NCBI GenBank assembly: GCA_965197465.1 | Contig: OZ240209.1 | Coordinates: 3,965,174-4,029,173, forward strand | Reading direction: 5' to 3' | Length of the DNA: 64,000 bases | Source: Candidatus Poribacteria bacterium | GTDB lineage: Bacteria; Poribacteria; WGA-4E; JAJDTR01 | Shown here: positions 18,263 through 28,344 of the stretch, one piece after another | How positions within the stretch are numbered: the first letter of the stretch is position 1 | Layout of the letters: each line of letters begins with the position of its first letter | Notes under the pieces: generated by a model | Told to the model about the DNA's origin: nothing | The model's input: only the letters and a program-made list of their open reading frames with translations | Database searches by the model: none | Translations under genes and position numbers: made by a program

Positions 18263-21200
18263 ATGGCGACATCCGCATTCGTGCATCTTCATAATCATAG
18301 TGAATACAGCTTGCTTGACGGCGCATGTCACATTGATGGCATCGTTGATTGGGCTGCTGAACAGAGCGTGCCTGCCGTGGCGCTGACGGATCACGGTAAC
18401 ATGTTCGGCGCGTGGGAGTTCTACAAGAAGGCGAAGGATAAAGGGGTCAATCCCATCGTGGGTTGCGAGGCTTACGTTGCCCCGCAGAGCCGACACGAGC
18501 GCGGACGAGAACAGGGGAGCGCCTATCACCTGACGCTGCTTGCGGAAGATGCCACCGGCTATCGCAACCTTATGAAGTTGGTTTCAATCGGTTATCTGGA
18601 AGGGTTTTATTCTAAACCTCGAATCGATATGGAAATCCTACGCGAACACCGTGATGGCATCATCGCATTGACAGGGTGCATCCAGGGGTATGTCCCGGCG
18701 CTATTGGCATCTAACCAGCGCGAAGCGGCAATGAAGAACTTTCAACTGCTGCAAGACGTTATGGGGCGTGATAATCTGTACGTCGAGGTTCAGAATCACG
18801 GCATTGCTGAGGAGAAAAGCGCTTACAAAGTGATGATGCAACTTGCTCAAGAGCACGGTCTGCCGATCGTTGGGACGAACGACTGCCACTACCTTAACAG
18901 GTCGGATCACAGGATGCACGATGTGTTGCTTTGTATTCAGATGAAACGCACGGTGGATGAGGAAAATCGCATGCGCTTCCTCAACGAATTCTATTTTAAG
19001 AATATTGATGAGATGCACGAAGCACTAAAGGATTTTCCGCCCGAAGCAATTACGAATACGCTCGAAATTGCCAATCGTTGCCAGCTAGAGCTCGACTACG
19101 GCGAACATATCATGCCGAAATACGAAGTTCCCGAGGGTTTCACGGCGGATTCGTATCTCGCCAAGCTCTGCGCGGAGGCGCTCCGGGAGAAGTATGGTGA
19201 AATCTCGACGGAGATGAGTAAACGACTCGACACTGAGCTTGAAGTCATACAGAAGACAGGGTACGCCGGTTATTTGCTGATTGTGTGGGATTATGTCAAC
19301 TTTGCCCGAAGGCAGAAAATTCCCTTCGTTGGTCGTGGATCGGCAGGTGGAAGTTTGGCGATGTTCGCGCTTGGCGTGACGACCTTCAATCCGTTAGACT
19401 ATGATTGCCTGTTTGAGCGATTCCTAAACCTTGAACGAGTCACCATGCCTGATATTGACATCGACTTCGGAGATGAACACAGGAAAATTGTTATCGACTA
19501 TCTAACGGAGAGATACGGTTCGGAGTGCGTCGGGCAGGTGGCAACCTTCAGCACCTTCGCTGCAAAAGCCGCCGTTACCGATGTCGGACGCGCGCTCAGT
19601 ATGGAGATGCAAGACGTGCGCCGAGTGACACAGCAAATTCCAGTCGTTCCGGGCGTCACGTTAGACGAGTCATTGGCGGACGTTCCGCGATTCCGAGAGC
19701 TTGCTGAAGCGCCGGAAAACCGGGATATGATGGCGGTTGCCAAATCGATCGAGGGAATGAAGCGGCATGTCTCCATTCACGCCTGCGGGATTGTATTGGC
19801 AAACGGTCCGCTTACCGACTATGTTCCACTTTTCAAAGACAAGAACGACCGTGTTGCAACACAGTACAATCTCAAGACTCTTGAAGATGTTGGCATGGTG
19901 AAATTTGACTTCCTCGGCCTGCGAACCCTAAGTGAAGTCCACCACTGTCTCGCGCAGGTTAAGGAGCGGCACGGGGGTGAGCTTACGCTTGAAACCATTC
20001 CACTTGATGACGAAAAGACGTATCAGGTCATCAGTGCAGGTTTGGTCGCCGGGCTCTTCCAGTTAGAAACCTCGCCGGGCATGCGGCGCGTCACGATGCA
20101 AATCAAACCCAACAACTTCGAGGATTTCGTCCCCATTTCTGCGCTTTACCGTCCGGGGCCCCTTGATAGCGGCATGATGGACAAGTTCATTCGCCGAAAG
20201 CTTAAGGTTGAAGCCGTGACTTATCTTCACCCGACACTGGAAGATGCCCTGAAAAACACCTACGGCGTCTGTATTTACCAAGAGCAGGTAATGCAAATTG
20301 CGCGGGATATGGCGGGCTTTACGCTTGGGGAAGCGGACGTTCTGCGCGATGCGATGGGCAAGAAGAAAATGGACGTGCTCAAAATGCAGCGCCAGAAATT
20401 CATTGAAGGCGCCCGAAATAATGGAATTGACAAGCAAAAGGCGGGCGAGGTTTTCGACTATCTCGAACCGTTCGGCCGATACGCCTTTAACCGCTCGCAC
20501 ACCGTTGCTTATGCGATTATGTCTTATCAGACGGCATATCTCAAAACGCACTATCCGCGTGAATTCATGGCGTCGATGATGAGCGGGGAGTCGGGTTCCA
20601 GTGAGAAGATTGTGAAATATATCGCCGAGTGCCGACAGCTATCGGAATTTCTGGACATAAAAATGGACGTTCTTCCGCCAGACGTGAATAGCAGCGGTTG
20701 GGACTTTACCGTTGATGGAGAAGACATCCGATTCGGATTGGCTGCTGTCAAGAATGTCAACGAAGGGGCGATTGAGTCTATAGTCAAGACTCGTGAAAAA
20801 GATGGCTCATTCACATCGCTGCAAGATTTCTGCGAGCGCGTCGATGCGAAGGCGGTCAGTAAACGGGTGATTGAAAGCCTTATAATGGCGGGAGCATTTG
20901 ATTCATTTGAAGAAGGACACCGAGCGCAGCACTTTGCCAACTTGGAACAGGTGATGCAGGTGGCGCAGTCTGCGCAAGCGGATCGTGAGAAGGGGCAGAT
21001 GAATCTTTTTGGCGCCGCGGAGCAGGAACTGCCGGTTACCGAGCCTGTTCTTGATGAAGTATCGGAGTGGGAACATAATGAGGTGCTCAAGAACGAGAAG
21101 GAGCAGCTCGGTTTTTATCTTTCGGGGCATCCGTTGGAAGCGTACGATGATGTCCTTGACAATTTTACAACCGCAACGTCGCAAACCCTTGCCGAGAATC

Positions 21201-21799
21201 CTAACGGAGCAGAGGTATACGTAGCCGGTCAAATATCTTCGTTTCGCCTCACGAAAACGAAAAAATCCGGTGAATCAATGGCTATCTTGGTGGTTGAAGA
21301 TTTAGAGGGTGTTATTGATGTGGTCGTGTTTCCGGAGGCGTACAAAATTTCTCAACACGCCATTGAGGAGGGGAACTTCGTGTGGATACGCGGGACGGTG
21401 AGCTTAAATCGGCAGCAGACCAGATCCGATGAAGGGGAGATCGAAGAGGATGTGCGCCAGATCCAAGCGTCCGAGATTCTGCCTATTGGCCAGGTCGAAA
21501 GCCGGATATCGGCGGTTGAAGTCACGATTCCTGAAGCAGATATCGCAAATCAAGAAAAGATGGAAAGGCTACGGGCAATCTGTAACAAACACGGTGGGGA
21601 CAACGACCTCATATTACGGCTTGCGTACCCACGTTACGGCGAGGTCATAGCCCAATGCAGCCCAAAGTACAATGTTTCCTACGAATCCACACTCGTGGCG
21701 GAAGTTGAGGCGCTTTTCGGACATGACAGCATAAAGCCTAGCAATCGCACCACGCGAGTCGGAGAGCGCACAAACGGTTCTTCGGTCAGTTATGTTTAG
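18263..21799 (+). CDS. dnaE: DNA polymerase III alpha subunit
   Basis: N-terminal PHP domain FVHLHNHSEYSLLDG. 1178 aa. GAGGAG RBS. The ATG at 18263 is preferred. Confidence 0.95.
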   Translation: MATSAFVHLHNHSEYSLLDGACHIDGIVDWAAEQSVPAVALTDHGNMFGAWEFYKKAKDKGVNPIVGCEAYVAPQSRHERGREQGSAYHLTLLAEDATGYRNLMKLVSIGYLEGFYSKPRIDMEILREHRDGIIALTGCIQGYVPALLASNQREAAMKNFQLLQDVMGRDNLYVEVQNHGIAEEKSAYKVMMQLAQEHGLPIVGTNDCHYLNRSDHRMHDVLLCIQMKRTVDEENRMRFLNEFYFKNIDEMHEALKDFPPEAITNTLEIANRCQLELDYGEHIMPKYEVPEGFTADSYLAKLCAEALREKYGEISTEMSKRLDTELEVIQKTGYAGYLLIVWDYVNFARRQKIPFVGRGSAGGSLAMFALGVTTFNPLDYDCLFERFLNLERVTMPDIDIDFGDEHRKIVIDYLTERYGSECVGQVATFSTFAAKAAVTDVGRALSMEMQDVRRVTQQIPVVPGVTLDESLADVPRFRELAEAPENRDMMAVAKSIEGMKRHVSIHACGIVLANGPLTDYVPLFKDKNDRVATQYNLKTLEDVGMVKFDFLGLRTLSEVHHCLAQVKERHGGELTLETIPLDDEKTYQVISAGLVAGLFQLETSPGMRRVTMQIKPNNFEDFVPISALYRPGPLDSGMMDKFIRRKLKVEAVTYLHPTLEDALKNTYGVCIYQEQVMQIARDMAGFTLGEADVLRDAMGKKKMDVLKMQRQKFIEGARNNGIDKQKAGEVFDYLEPFGRYAFNRSHTVAYAIMSYQTAYLKTHYPREFMASMMSGESGSSEKIVKYIAECRQLSEFLDIKMDVLPPDVNSSGWDFTVDGEDIRFGLAAVKNVNEGAIESIVKTREKDGSFTSLQDFCERVDAKAVSKRVIESLIMAGAFDSFEEGHRAQHFANLEQVMQVAQSAQADREKGQMNLFGAAEQELPVTEPVLDEVSEWEHNEVLKNEKEQLGFYLSGHPLEAYDDVLDNFTTATSQTLAENPNGAEVYVAGQISSFRLTKTKKSGESMAILVVEDLEGVIDVVVFPEAYKISQHAIEEGNFVWIRGTVSLNRQQTRSDEGEIEEDVRQIQASEILPIGQVESRISAVEVTIPEADIANQEKMERLRAICNKHGGDNDLILRLAYPRYGEVIAQCSPKYNVSYESTLVAEVEALFGHDSIKPSNRTTRVGERTNGSSVSYV

Positions 21800-21834
21800 T
21801 GCCTGTTTGAATAATAGGGGTAAGTCCGAACAAC

Positions 21835-22095
21835 AACGATCAACTGAGCGGATAATGAAGGCGATAGAAAATTACGTGCGATAGAGATCTTCCCCTCCCC
21901 CGTTTCCCAGCGCGGATCGGGAGACCCAACCCCTAGGTTGGCACTGTCAAATGTCAACGCAACCTAGTACAGCTTGGCGTAATTGCCGTATGAGTTGACG
22001 GTAGGTGCGATCAAGTGACCGATCAACCGAGTGAACAACGAGGGCGATAGTAGATCCCATAGGGAACGCGATAGAGATCCCTTTCCTAATCGCAC
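21835..22095. repeat. Composite intergenic repeat block (GATCAA/GCGATAG mosaic elements G and H)
   Basis: 22000-22095 is CGGTAGGTGCGATCAAGTGACCGATCAAC...GCGATAGTAGATCCC..GCGATAGAGATCCC...TCGCACCG, with short inverted termini. It is a near-duplicate of 38249-38348. Confidence 0.6.
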
Positions 22096-22197
22096 CGTCA
22101 GTTAAGGTACAGTTTAAGTGCACGTACAAAGGGCACCCGTTAACCGTTTAATTCACTTAACTATTTCCGCCAACGTGTACTGGCAACTTGGGTGACA

Positions 22198-23745
22198 TTA
22201 CTTGAACTGAAAAGAGTAGAGCTTGGCATTCTTGAAGTAGAAACGCAGCTTTATCGGCTGGCTAGCCAGCGCGCTCACGTCGGAACTGCCATTCCACGAG
22301 ACAACTTGGGAAATACCGGATTCCGAAATCGGGTCGGCATCGATGACGCTAAACCCGGGCAATTTCTTATGATTTGCCCTTAAAATTTCAACCCGTACCT
22401 CGCCGGGACCCGGTCCGGCGGCGATTGGTGCCATGCTTGTATTCAGGTACAGGCGAGACCCGGAGAACCCAAACGGGCGGGTCGTCATCTGACCGAAAGA
22501 CTCAGGCTCTTGAAAAATTTGCCCCTCGGTATAGATGTGTTGCAGTTCCTCCTCGGATCTGTTCTTGGTAACCCAGCCCTTCCCGCTGTCGAGAGAGACA
22601 AATCCGTCTAGACGTGAGACCGCCAACCCAATCCCTTCCACAGACTTGTCGCCTAACTCCAAGGCAATTTCAGGCGATCGACTGTTTGTGCCGATATAAT
22701 AGGTGAGAATGCGCTCCCCGTGAACGATGATGTTTTGAGCGTACACGCTGCTTGAGTCAAAATCCGATAGCGAACCGCCGCGGGGAATGAAGGGATCCCG
22801 GTAGTTCCGCTGAAAGTGGAATCCATCTCGACTGAAGATGACTTCCGGATGATGGGTCACGTTGGTGGTGCGGAAGATCCACAGCAGCCCAACGTAGACA
22901 CCCTCGTAGGCGATGACCGGCAGGCTATAGAACTCGGTGTCGGGATAGTCGTGCTCGTCCGGCACAAGGATAATCTCCGGCTCACTCCAGTGTATCATGT
23001 CCGGGCTCTCTGCCCTGCCGACAAGCCGTTTGCCGTAAGGTCCCCGCCAGTGGTGGCTGGCTTCCATGGTGACGTAGTATGTCTCGCGTATCGGATCCCA
23101 GCCCTGGAAACGACCTGCCCAACGTCCCAATTCCCCCTCGGTATCAATGACGGGGTTATTTTCGTAGGGACTCCAGTTGAGCGCATCCGGAGAATAGAAG
23201 AGATTGTATTGCATCCCTCGTGTATGCGTGCTGCCGATCATGAGCAGTGCCTTGTACCGTTTGGCGGGATCGCTCTCGTGCAAATCTAAGAAGCCCGGTG
23301 CTGTCGGTAGATTCTCTTTTTCGGGGAGGATGTTATTGTCCGTCGAACCGTCGAATTCAGCGAGTCCCAACGATGGTCGCTCCCAGTGGATCCCATCCTC
23401 GGAGGTCGCCAGACACATCACTTCGCCTGTGGTGTCCCAGATAAGGCCCGAGGCACCACCGGGAACCGGTTTCCCGTTTTCGAGGCGTACGGTGGTGGTT
23501 GCGGCGGAGTACCACATCTTGAAGATTTGACCGGTTGGGTCAAAAATCACCGTGATGGGCCGCATGAAGTTTCCTTCCCACGAACGCTCCGGCCGGAGGA
23601 TGGGGTTGTCATCCACCTTTACTGCGGGGTTCAGTCCCTGTTTTGCGTTGGTCAAACTTTCAATCAGGAAATCATCAAAGAAGAGTTGCTTGGTGGATCC
23701 AATCTCAATCATCGCCATTGTATTCTCCTCTACCGGTTTCGACAA
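22198..23745 (-). CDS. Beta-propeller glycoside-hydrolase-like protein (GH43/32/130 furanosidase-superfamily-like)
   Basis: 515 aa. Repeated W/Y-rich blade motifs (MWYSAATT, NLFYSPD, YYVTMEA). Family assignment is uncertain. Confidence 0.45.
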   Translation of the reverse strand: MSKPVEENTMAMIEIGSTKQLFFDDFLIESLTNAKQGLNPAVKVDDNPILRPERSWEGNFMRPITVIFDPTGQIFKMWYSAATTTVRLENGKPVPGGASGLIWDTTGEVMCLATSEDGIHWERPSLGLAEFDGSTDNNILPEKENLPTAPGFLDLHESDPAKRYKALLMIGSTHTRGMQYNLFYSPDALNWSPYENNPVIDTEGELGRWAGRFQGWDPIRETYYVTMEASHHWRGPYGKRLVGRAESPDMIHWSEPEIILVPDEHDYPDTEFYSLPVIAYEGVYVGLLWIFRTTNVTHHPEVIFSRDGFHFQRNYRDPFIPRGGSLSDFDSSSVYAQNIIVHGERILTYYIGTNSRSPEIALELGDKSVEGIGLAVSRLDGFVSLDSGKGWVTKNRSEEELQHIYTEGQIFQEPESFGQMTTRPFGFSGSRLYLNTSMAPIAAGPGPGEVRVEILRANHKKLPGFSVIDADPISESGISQVVSWNGSSDVSALASQPIKLRFYFKNAKLYSFQFK

Positions 23746-23763
23746 GTGTGCGGCGTACGGAAC

Positions 23764-24093
23764 TTACTCCGCTGAATCACATAATGATGATTTCATCTTC
23801 ATGAAGAGGCGTTGTTGTTCAACCAATCCGCTATTCAATCGCACCTTTCGATGTTCAAAAGCCCAATGCAACATCCCGTCCACAACGGCTTGGTTTTTCG
23901 CATAATCATAGGTGCGGAGTTCGTGTCGTTTTACAGCTTTCAAAGCAACCGATGCACGTTTCCAGCTTTCAATCCACTGTTGAGCGTTCTCTTGAGGTGA
24001 AGTCTCCATAAGAATTTGCCCTATTATAACGCAAGTTGCCGCATGTCGTTCCACTGAGGCGTGCGGTCTTTCGGTCATTAGTATGCTATACAT
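23764..24093 (-). CDS. Hypothetical 109-aa protein
   Basis: An ORF with coding-like composition sitting between repeats. No recognisable motif. Confidence 0.3.
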   Translation of the reverse strand: MYSILMTERPHASVERHAATCVIIGQILMETSPQENAQQWIESWKRASVALKAVKRHELRTYDYAKNQAVVDGMLHWAFEHRKVRLNSGLVEQQRLFMKMKSSLCDSAE

Positions 24094-24144
24094 TTGCGGA
24101 GCGAGCGGCGATTTCCCGCGTCTCCCTGCACCAGCCTCTTCTTC

Positions 24145-24172
24145 GTAGGGAATAACAATCGTTACTCCCTAC
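24145..24172. repeat. Imperfect copy of the 28-bp palindrome GTAGGGAATAAC(G/A)ATCGTTA(T/C)TCCCTAC
   Basis: The perfect copy is at 60616-60643. A partial copy lies near 63905. Confidence 0.5.
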
Positions 24173-24180
24173 AGTTTTCG

Positions 24181-26244
24181 TCAAAATGCATTGGCTACGA
24201 ACACAAGGTCAAACACATTGACAACCCCATCCCCATTCATGTCCGCCTCCAAACTATCCGTCCCAAACCCCTGCGCCACCAGCGTCAAATCCAAAATATT
24301 CACCACTCCATCGCCGTTGACATCGGCGGGATTCTTCGGCTTTACCCGCAGATACATCTCCCCGTCGAGGTTCGGTAGCGCGTGCTCCGTGTCCACCGAG
24401 CCACTGGCTACGCCCTGCACCTCCTCCGGCAGCGTTATTACCTGTGCCTCTCCACTGTGATTGTACACCGCCCACCCATTCGTAAACTCGCGGATATAGA
24501 GACCGGGGATGTCTTCGTCGTAGAGCTGGGCTTTGGGACCAACGGAGCGGCCGAGGTTGGCGTCCCAGAAGTCGTACCAGTAGTGACCATGGTATTGCTC
24601 CGCCCGAAAAAGTACGTAGCCGTCGGAATGTGTTAGGCTGAGAGCTGTGGCGGCGCGCATCCAGCGCAGGCTTGATGGGCTGTCAGGGGTCTCCGAAGGT
24701 TGAATATGCGCTTGAAGTCCGTTTATTCTGGGTTCGCGCAGATTGTTTTCGAGCCAAAGCAGAGCCTTTTCAACTCTGTTGACTGTCTCTTCAAGTTCGT
24801 CGCCTGTTCGGTCAAAAGGCATACCGGTTTCCATAAACCCGCCGTTGACGTAGGCTCCTGTTCGCGGGAGTATCCGCTCATTGGTATTGCCCATTATTAG
24901 AAAGTCGGGGCGTGTGGAGGCACGGATGCGGCGAATAATGTTGAGACGTGCGGCTTGCTCGGCTTCATTCCCGCGAAACTTATGCGACCAGTCGCCATCA
25001 AAATCTGCCAAAATAGCGTCATCATCAGTTCACCAATCGAAAAAAATACCGTCATATAACCCGCACTTCGCAACGGCTATAGCTTCCTCGACGATGATGT
25101 CTTGAACGTCAGGGTGGGTAAAATCCCATAATTAGGTGCTTCCTTGAGAAACCGGTTGGCCGTTCGCGTCCTTTACCCAATAGTGAGAATCGTCGGGAAA
25201 CTCGCCTTGTGTGCGGGTCCGCAACGCCAGTTGCAAAAGAAAAACCATATTGGGATTTATGGCGATGAAATCGTCGCGTGTTTGCACTCCGCGGTCGAGC
25301 TCACCTTGAACAGACCATCCTTTAGCAGTGGGTACGAGGTGAACATGGAATAGTGACGGCCTCCCAACATGTAAATCGTGTTGCGCCAACTGTTCCAGAT
25401 CGGACAGATGCGGCTGGTTAAGAACCGTGCTGTGGCCGATGCTGCCCCAGGCCGTAAAAACCGAGGGGAAGGTTCTGTTTTCCAGGTGAGGCCGAAGCGG
25501 GAGCGGCGGAAGGTCGCATTGCTGATCATAGATAAAATGATCAAGGGATATTCCATCAAGTGGAGAATGGTCAGCGATTCGGTTGCCGTGGAGTTCCAAA
25601 CGCTCAAGCGAAGTGAGTTCCGAAAGAGGGCTGACGTCAGTAATCAAATTGTTAGTCAGAAGTAATTCAGTTAGCCGTGAAAGCCCGGCAAGTCGGCTGA
25701 TGTCGACGATTACATTGAATCGCAGATCGAGTGAGGTAAGTTTGGTTAGTGAGGCAAGCGGTGTGATGTCGTCGATGTCGCACGCGCCGAGGTATAGGAG
25801 TTCTAGTCCGGTTAGATTGGATAAAGGCATCAGGTCTGATATTGGATTCGACCACAACTCGAGAAGCTTCAACTTCGCCAGTCCAGCGATAGGTCGGAGG
25901 TCGGTGATTCCATTATTGGCAAGTCGGAGTTTTCGTAGATTCACGGCGTATTCAATGCCAGTGAGTTCTTGTATCTAGCGGTTTGAAGCGACGATGGCGG
26001 TTAGATCCTGCATGGCGTCCTGTGTAACCGGAACGGCGCCGGGTAGAGCCAGAGTTTCGCGAATTGCAGCGTGGAGGTTCAGGTCGGGTATCTCGACGAC
26101 TTGTGCGAATGCGACGCTGCACTGAACAATATAAAGCAAAAAACTGAGTGCAATTGTCCGTCTGAATTTCACCAATCTTTCCCTCAAATCATGAATGGTC
26201 TCCCGACCCAACAAAACAGAACAACCGCTCCATATACTAGGCAC
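24181..26244 (-). pseudogene. Signal peptide-LRR-glycoside-hydrolase-like-dockerin gene with three in-frame stops. Its C-terminal two-thirds is paralogous to the 11216-14020 product.
   Basis: ORFs 25975..26244, 25132..25944 and 24181..25011 are all in one frame. Across the stops the translation reads ...AIVASNR-TAG-IQELTGIEYAVNLRKLRLANNGITDL... (LRR continuity), then ...QGST-TAA-LWDFTHPDVQDIIVEEAIAVAKCGLYDGIFFDW-TGA-TDDDAILADFDGDW... LAQH and W.D..HPD motifs are shared with the 934-aa protein. It ends in dockerin repeats. Confidence 0.55.
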
Positions 26245-26295
26245 AAAACTCTCGTATCAGAAGTTGTTCAGGGCAGCCTTCAAATCCGCCCGTTT

Positions 26296-26889
26296 TCAGG
26301 CAAGCGCATTCCGGCAGGAGTAGTCGAGAAGGAGTTTTATCTCCTCGACTTGCACCGTTTGAAGGAACTCAACGACCTCGCCATCGGCATGCCCGGCGGC
26401 ATCTTGGCACCAATCGATAAATTGGGGCGCATCCCAGTTGTTGTTTTGCTCGATTACCTCCATGTGACGAGCAAGTTGCGTCGATTGGCGTGGCTCAGCC
26501 TTGAGGGAATCGAGAACGCGCACCCGCAGCATAGGGAAGATCGGATGGCTTCCCACTCGCGCAAACCAGTATTTCGAATTGCTATAGTCCGGTTCGCGCC
26601 GGTGCATAATACCGTGCCAATAACTTCCTGTTTTGGAGCCAATACTCTGAGAGATGTTGTGAGAGTCGTCCAACGCATCATTCCAGAGCAGCAGTCCGGA
26701 TTTTACGGCATTTGCCAGAGATGAATCTTTGAGTGCCCGACCGTCAAAGAGATCCGTTGCCGAGGTTGCTCGAATCTGATTCGTCAACTCGGAATCCCAC
26801 TCCTTCTCCGGCGCAAGTGGTGGTAATGGGTGACGCGCATCAAGTTTCTGAACGATTTCGTCGATTTGGGGCGGGTATTCTATGCTCAT
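26296..26889 (-). CDS. Hypothetical protein
   Basis: 197-aa ORF of ordinary composition. No motif recognised. Confidence 0.45.
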   Translation of the reverse strand: MSIEYPPQIDEIVQKLDARHPLPPLAPEKEWDSELTNQIRATSATDLFDGRALKDSSLANAVKSGLLLWNDALDDSHNISQSIGSKTGSYWHGIMHRREPDYSNSKYWFARVGSHPIFPMLRVRVLDSLKAEPRQSTQLARHMEVIEQNNNWDAPQFIDWCQDAAGHADGEVVEFLQTVQVEEIKLLLDYSCRNALA

Positions 26890-27029
26890 AATCTTCTCCT
26901 TGATACCATCGCGATTCGGAGATCGCTCCTATGGATAGATGATGGTAGCATTATTTTGATGGGTCGTCAAGACTACACCGTACCAGTCGTGGTGTGAATG
27001 AGGTCGCGATTCGGAGAGGGATCGAGCAA

Positions 27030-27100
27030 ACGATCAACTGAGTGAATAGCGAAGGCGATAGTATATCTCGTGCGATAGAAGATCCTACCCGTTATCCACT
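27030..27100. repeat. GATCAA/GCGATAG mosaic element (GATCAACTGAGTGAATAGCGAAGGCGATAGTATATCTCGTGCGATAGAAGATCC)
   Basis: Same module set as 17790-17885 and 21835-21900. Confidence 0.55.
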
Positions 27101-27113
27101 CGCTTGATTGCGC

Positions 27114-27833
27114 CTACCGGCAGGCATCCGTATCAAGGCGCAATCGACCTAGCTTATCAACAGGGGCTTGGATAAGGCATGGACTTTTTACAGGCTTCAA
27201 CCATCGAATCAGCGATATGAGGTCGTTCTTCGCCATTGCCGTACATCCGGCTGTTGGTTCACCTCTCGCTTTCCACACGTGGAGGAAAATCGCGCTGCCC
27301 TTGCCTTTTATGACTGGTGCGGCGTTGTGTTGGACGACTGCTCCCAACTCATAAAGATGATCGGGGCGTTTCATCTCTTCCCATGAATTCCATATTCGCT
27401 GTGGCGTCCTCGTGTTCCCGTCGAGCGTCACCCATTGATTGTAATCCTCTGATTCCACGTCGTCGACATAATAATCATTATCTGTGATACGTCGATATGG
27501 AAGTGATGTGCCTGCTGGCGGCTTTGAATCATAGCCAAACGCAGTCCCAAGTCGAAACACCCCCGCCGGTGCCTTAAAATCCCCTTCTGCTTTTTGGGGT
27601 GGAGCACTAATTGTGTTGTGAATTCCGTTTCCCCATCCTAGTCCGCTTTTGCCTAGCATTACGGAGACATCCCTTCCATCCAAGCACCATCGGTCATGTA
27701 TTTTCGAGAATAGATGCAGTCTACCCGTATCACTCGTCCACGACGTTGCTGTAACTAGCACGACTTGTTGAATAGGCAAAGAGCCGGCTACAATCGAGGA
27801 AACCGCATCTTTGTATGAGTTAAGGTGTGCCAA
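27114..27833 (-). CDS. L,D-transpeptidase (YkuD)-like protein
   Basis: C-terminal SAIFLHVW...TAGCTAM resembles the YkuD His...(S/T)xGC catalytic motif. Confidence 0.45.
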   Translation of the reverse strand: MAHLNSYKDAVSSIVAGSLPIQQVVLVTATSWTSDTGRLHLFSKIHDRWCLDGRDVSVMLGKSGLGWGNGIHNTISAPPQKAEGDFKAPAGVFRLGTAFGYDSKPPAGTSLPYRRITDNDYYVDDVESEDYNQWVTLDGNTRTPQRIWNSWEEMKRPDHLYELGAVVQHNAAPVIKGKGSAIFLHVWKARGEPTAGCTAMAKNDLISLIRWLKPVKSPCLIQAPVDKLGRLRLDTDACR

Positions 27834-28344
27834 AATTTTTACCTTTCCCGTTTCTTGTCTTCATCATGCGCCTGTTTGCCGCATAATCGCTCATGATTAC
27901 CATTCGTCTAAGAGCCTGTTTGAATGATAGGTGGCAAAGTCATGTTTGGTCATTTGGGAAGTGGATTTTTCGTGTATTTGTTATTGCCTGCTATATACCT
28001 TGAAGATCTCATCTTCGATTTGATGATTTAAGAAAAATCCCTTTTCAAGAAAAAACTCGGTTTCAGGGCAAACGGGGTTACTACTAATCGGTTTTCAATC
28101 AGGCTCTAAATGGTAGTTGCCCTTATCTCGTTTGGCTCGATACGCCCCATAGCCAAAGGTGTCGATTCTCTGGATCTTTATCTTTGAATCTTTCGACCTC
28201 AATATGTCGTTCTTATCCCAAGGATACTTGGTAAAGAAATCTTGCCTAGCCCCACAGCGAGTAATGGGGTAGAATGAGTTAAGAAAATGATAATTCAGCC
28301 ACACACGATTAGCTGCACGAAGATATTGCAGAGGGAGGGGGAAT

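Noticed and set aside
20551-21232. Minus-strand ORFs inside dnaE.
   Set aside because: They are antisense to a highly conserved gene and have low-complexity Ser/Cys-rich peptides.
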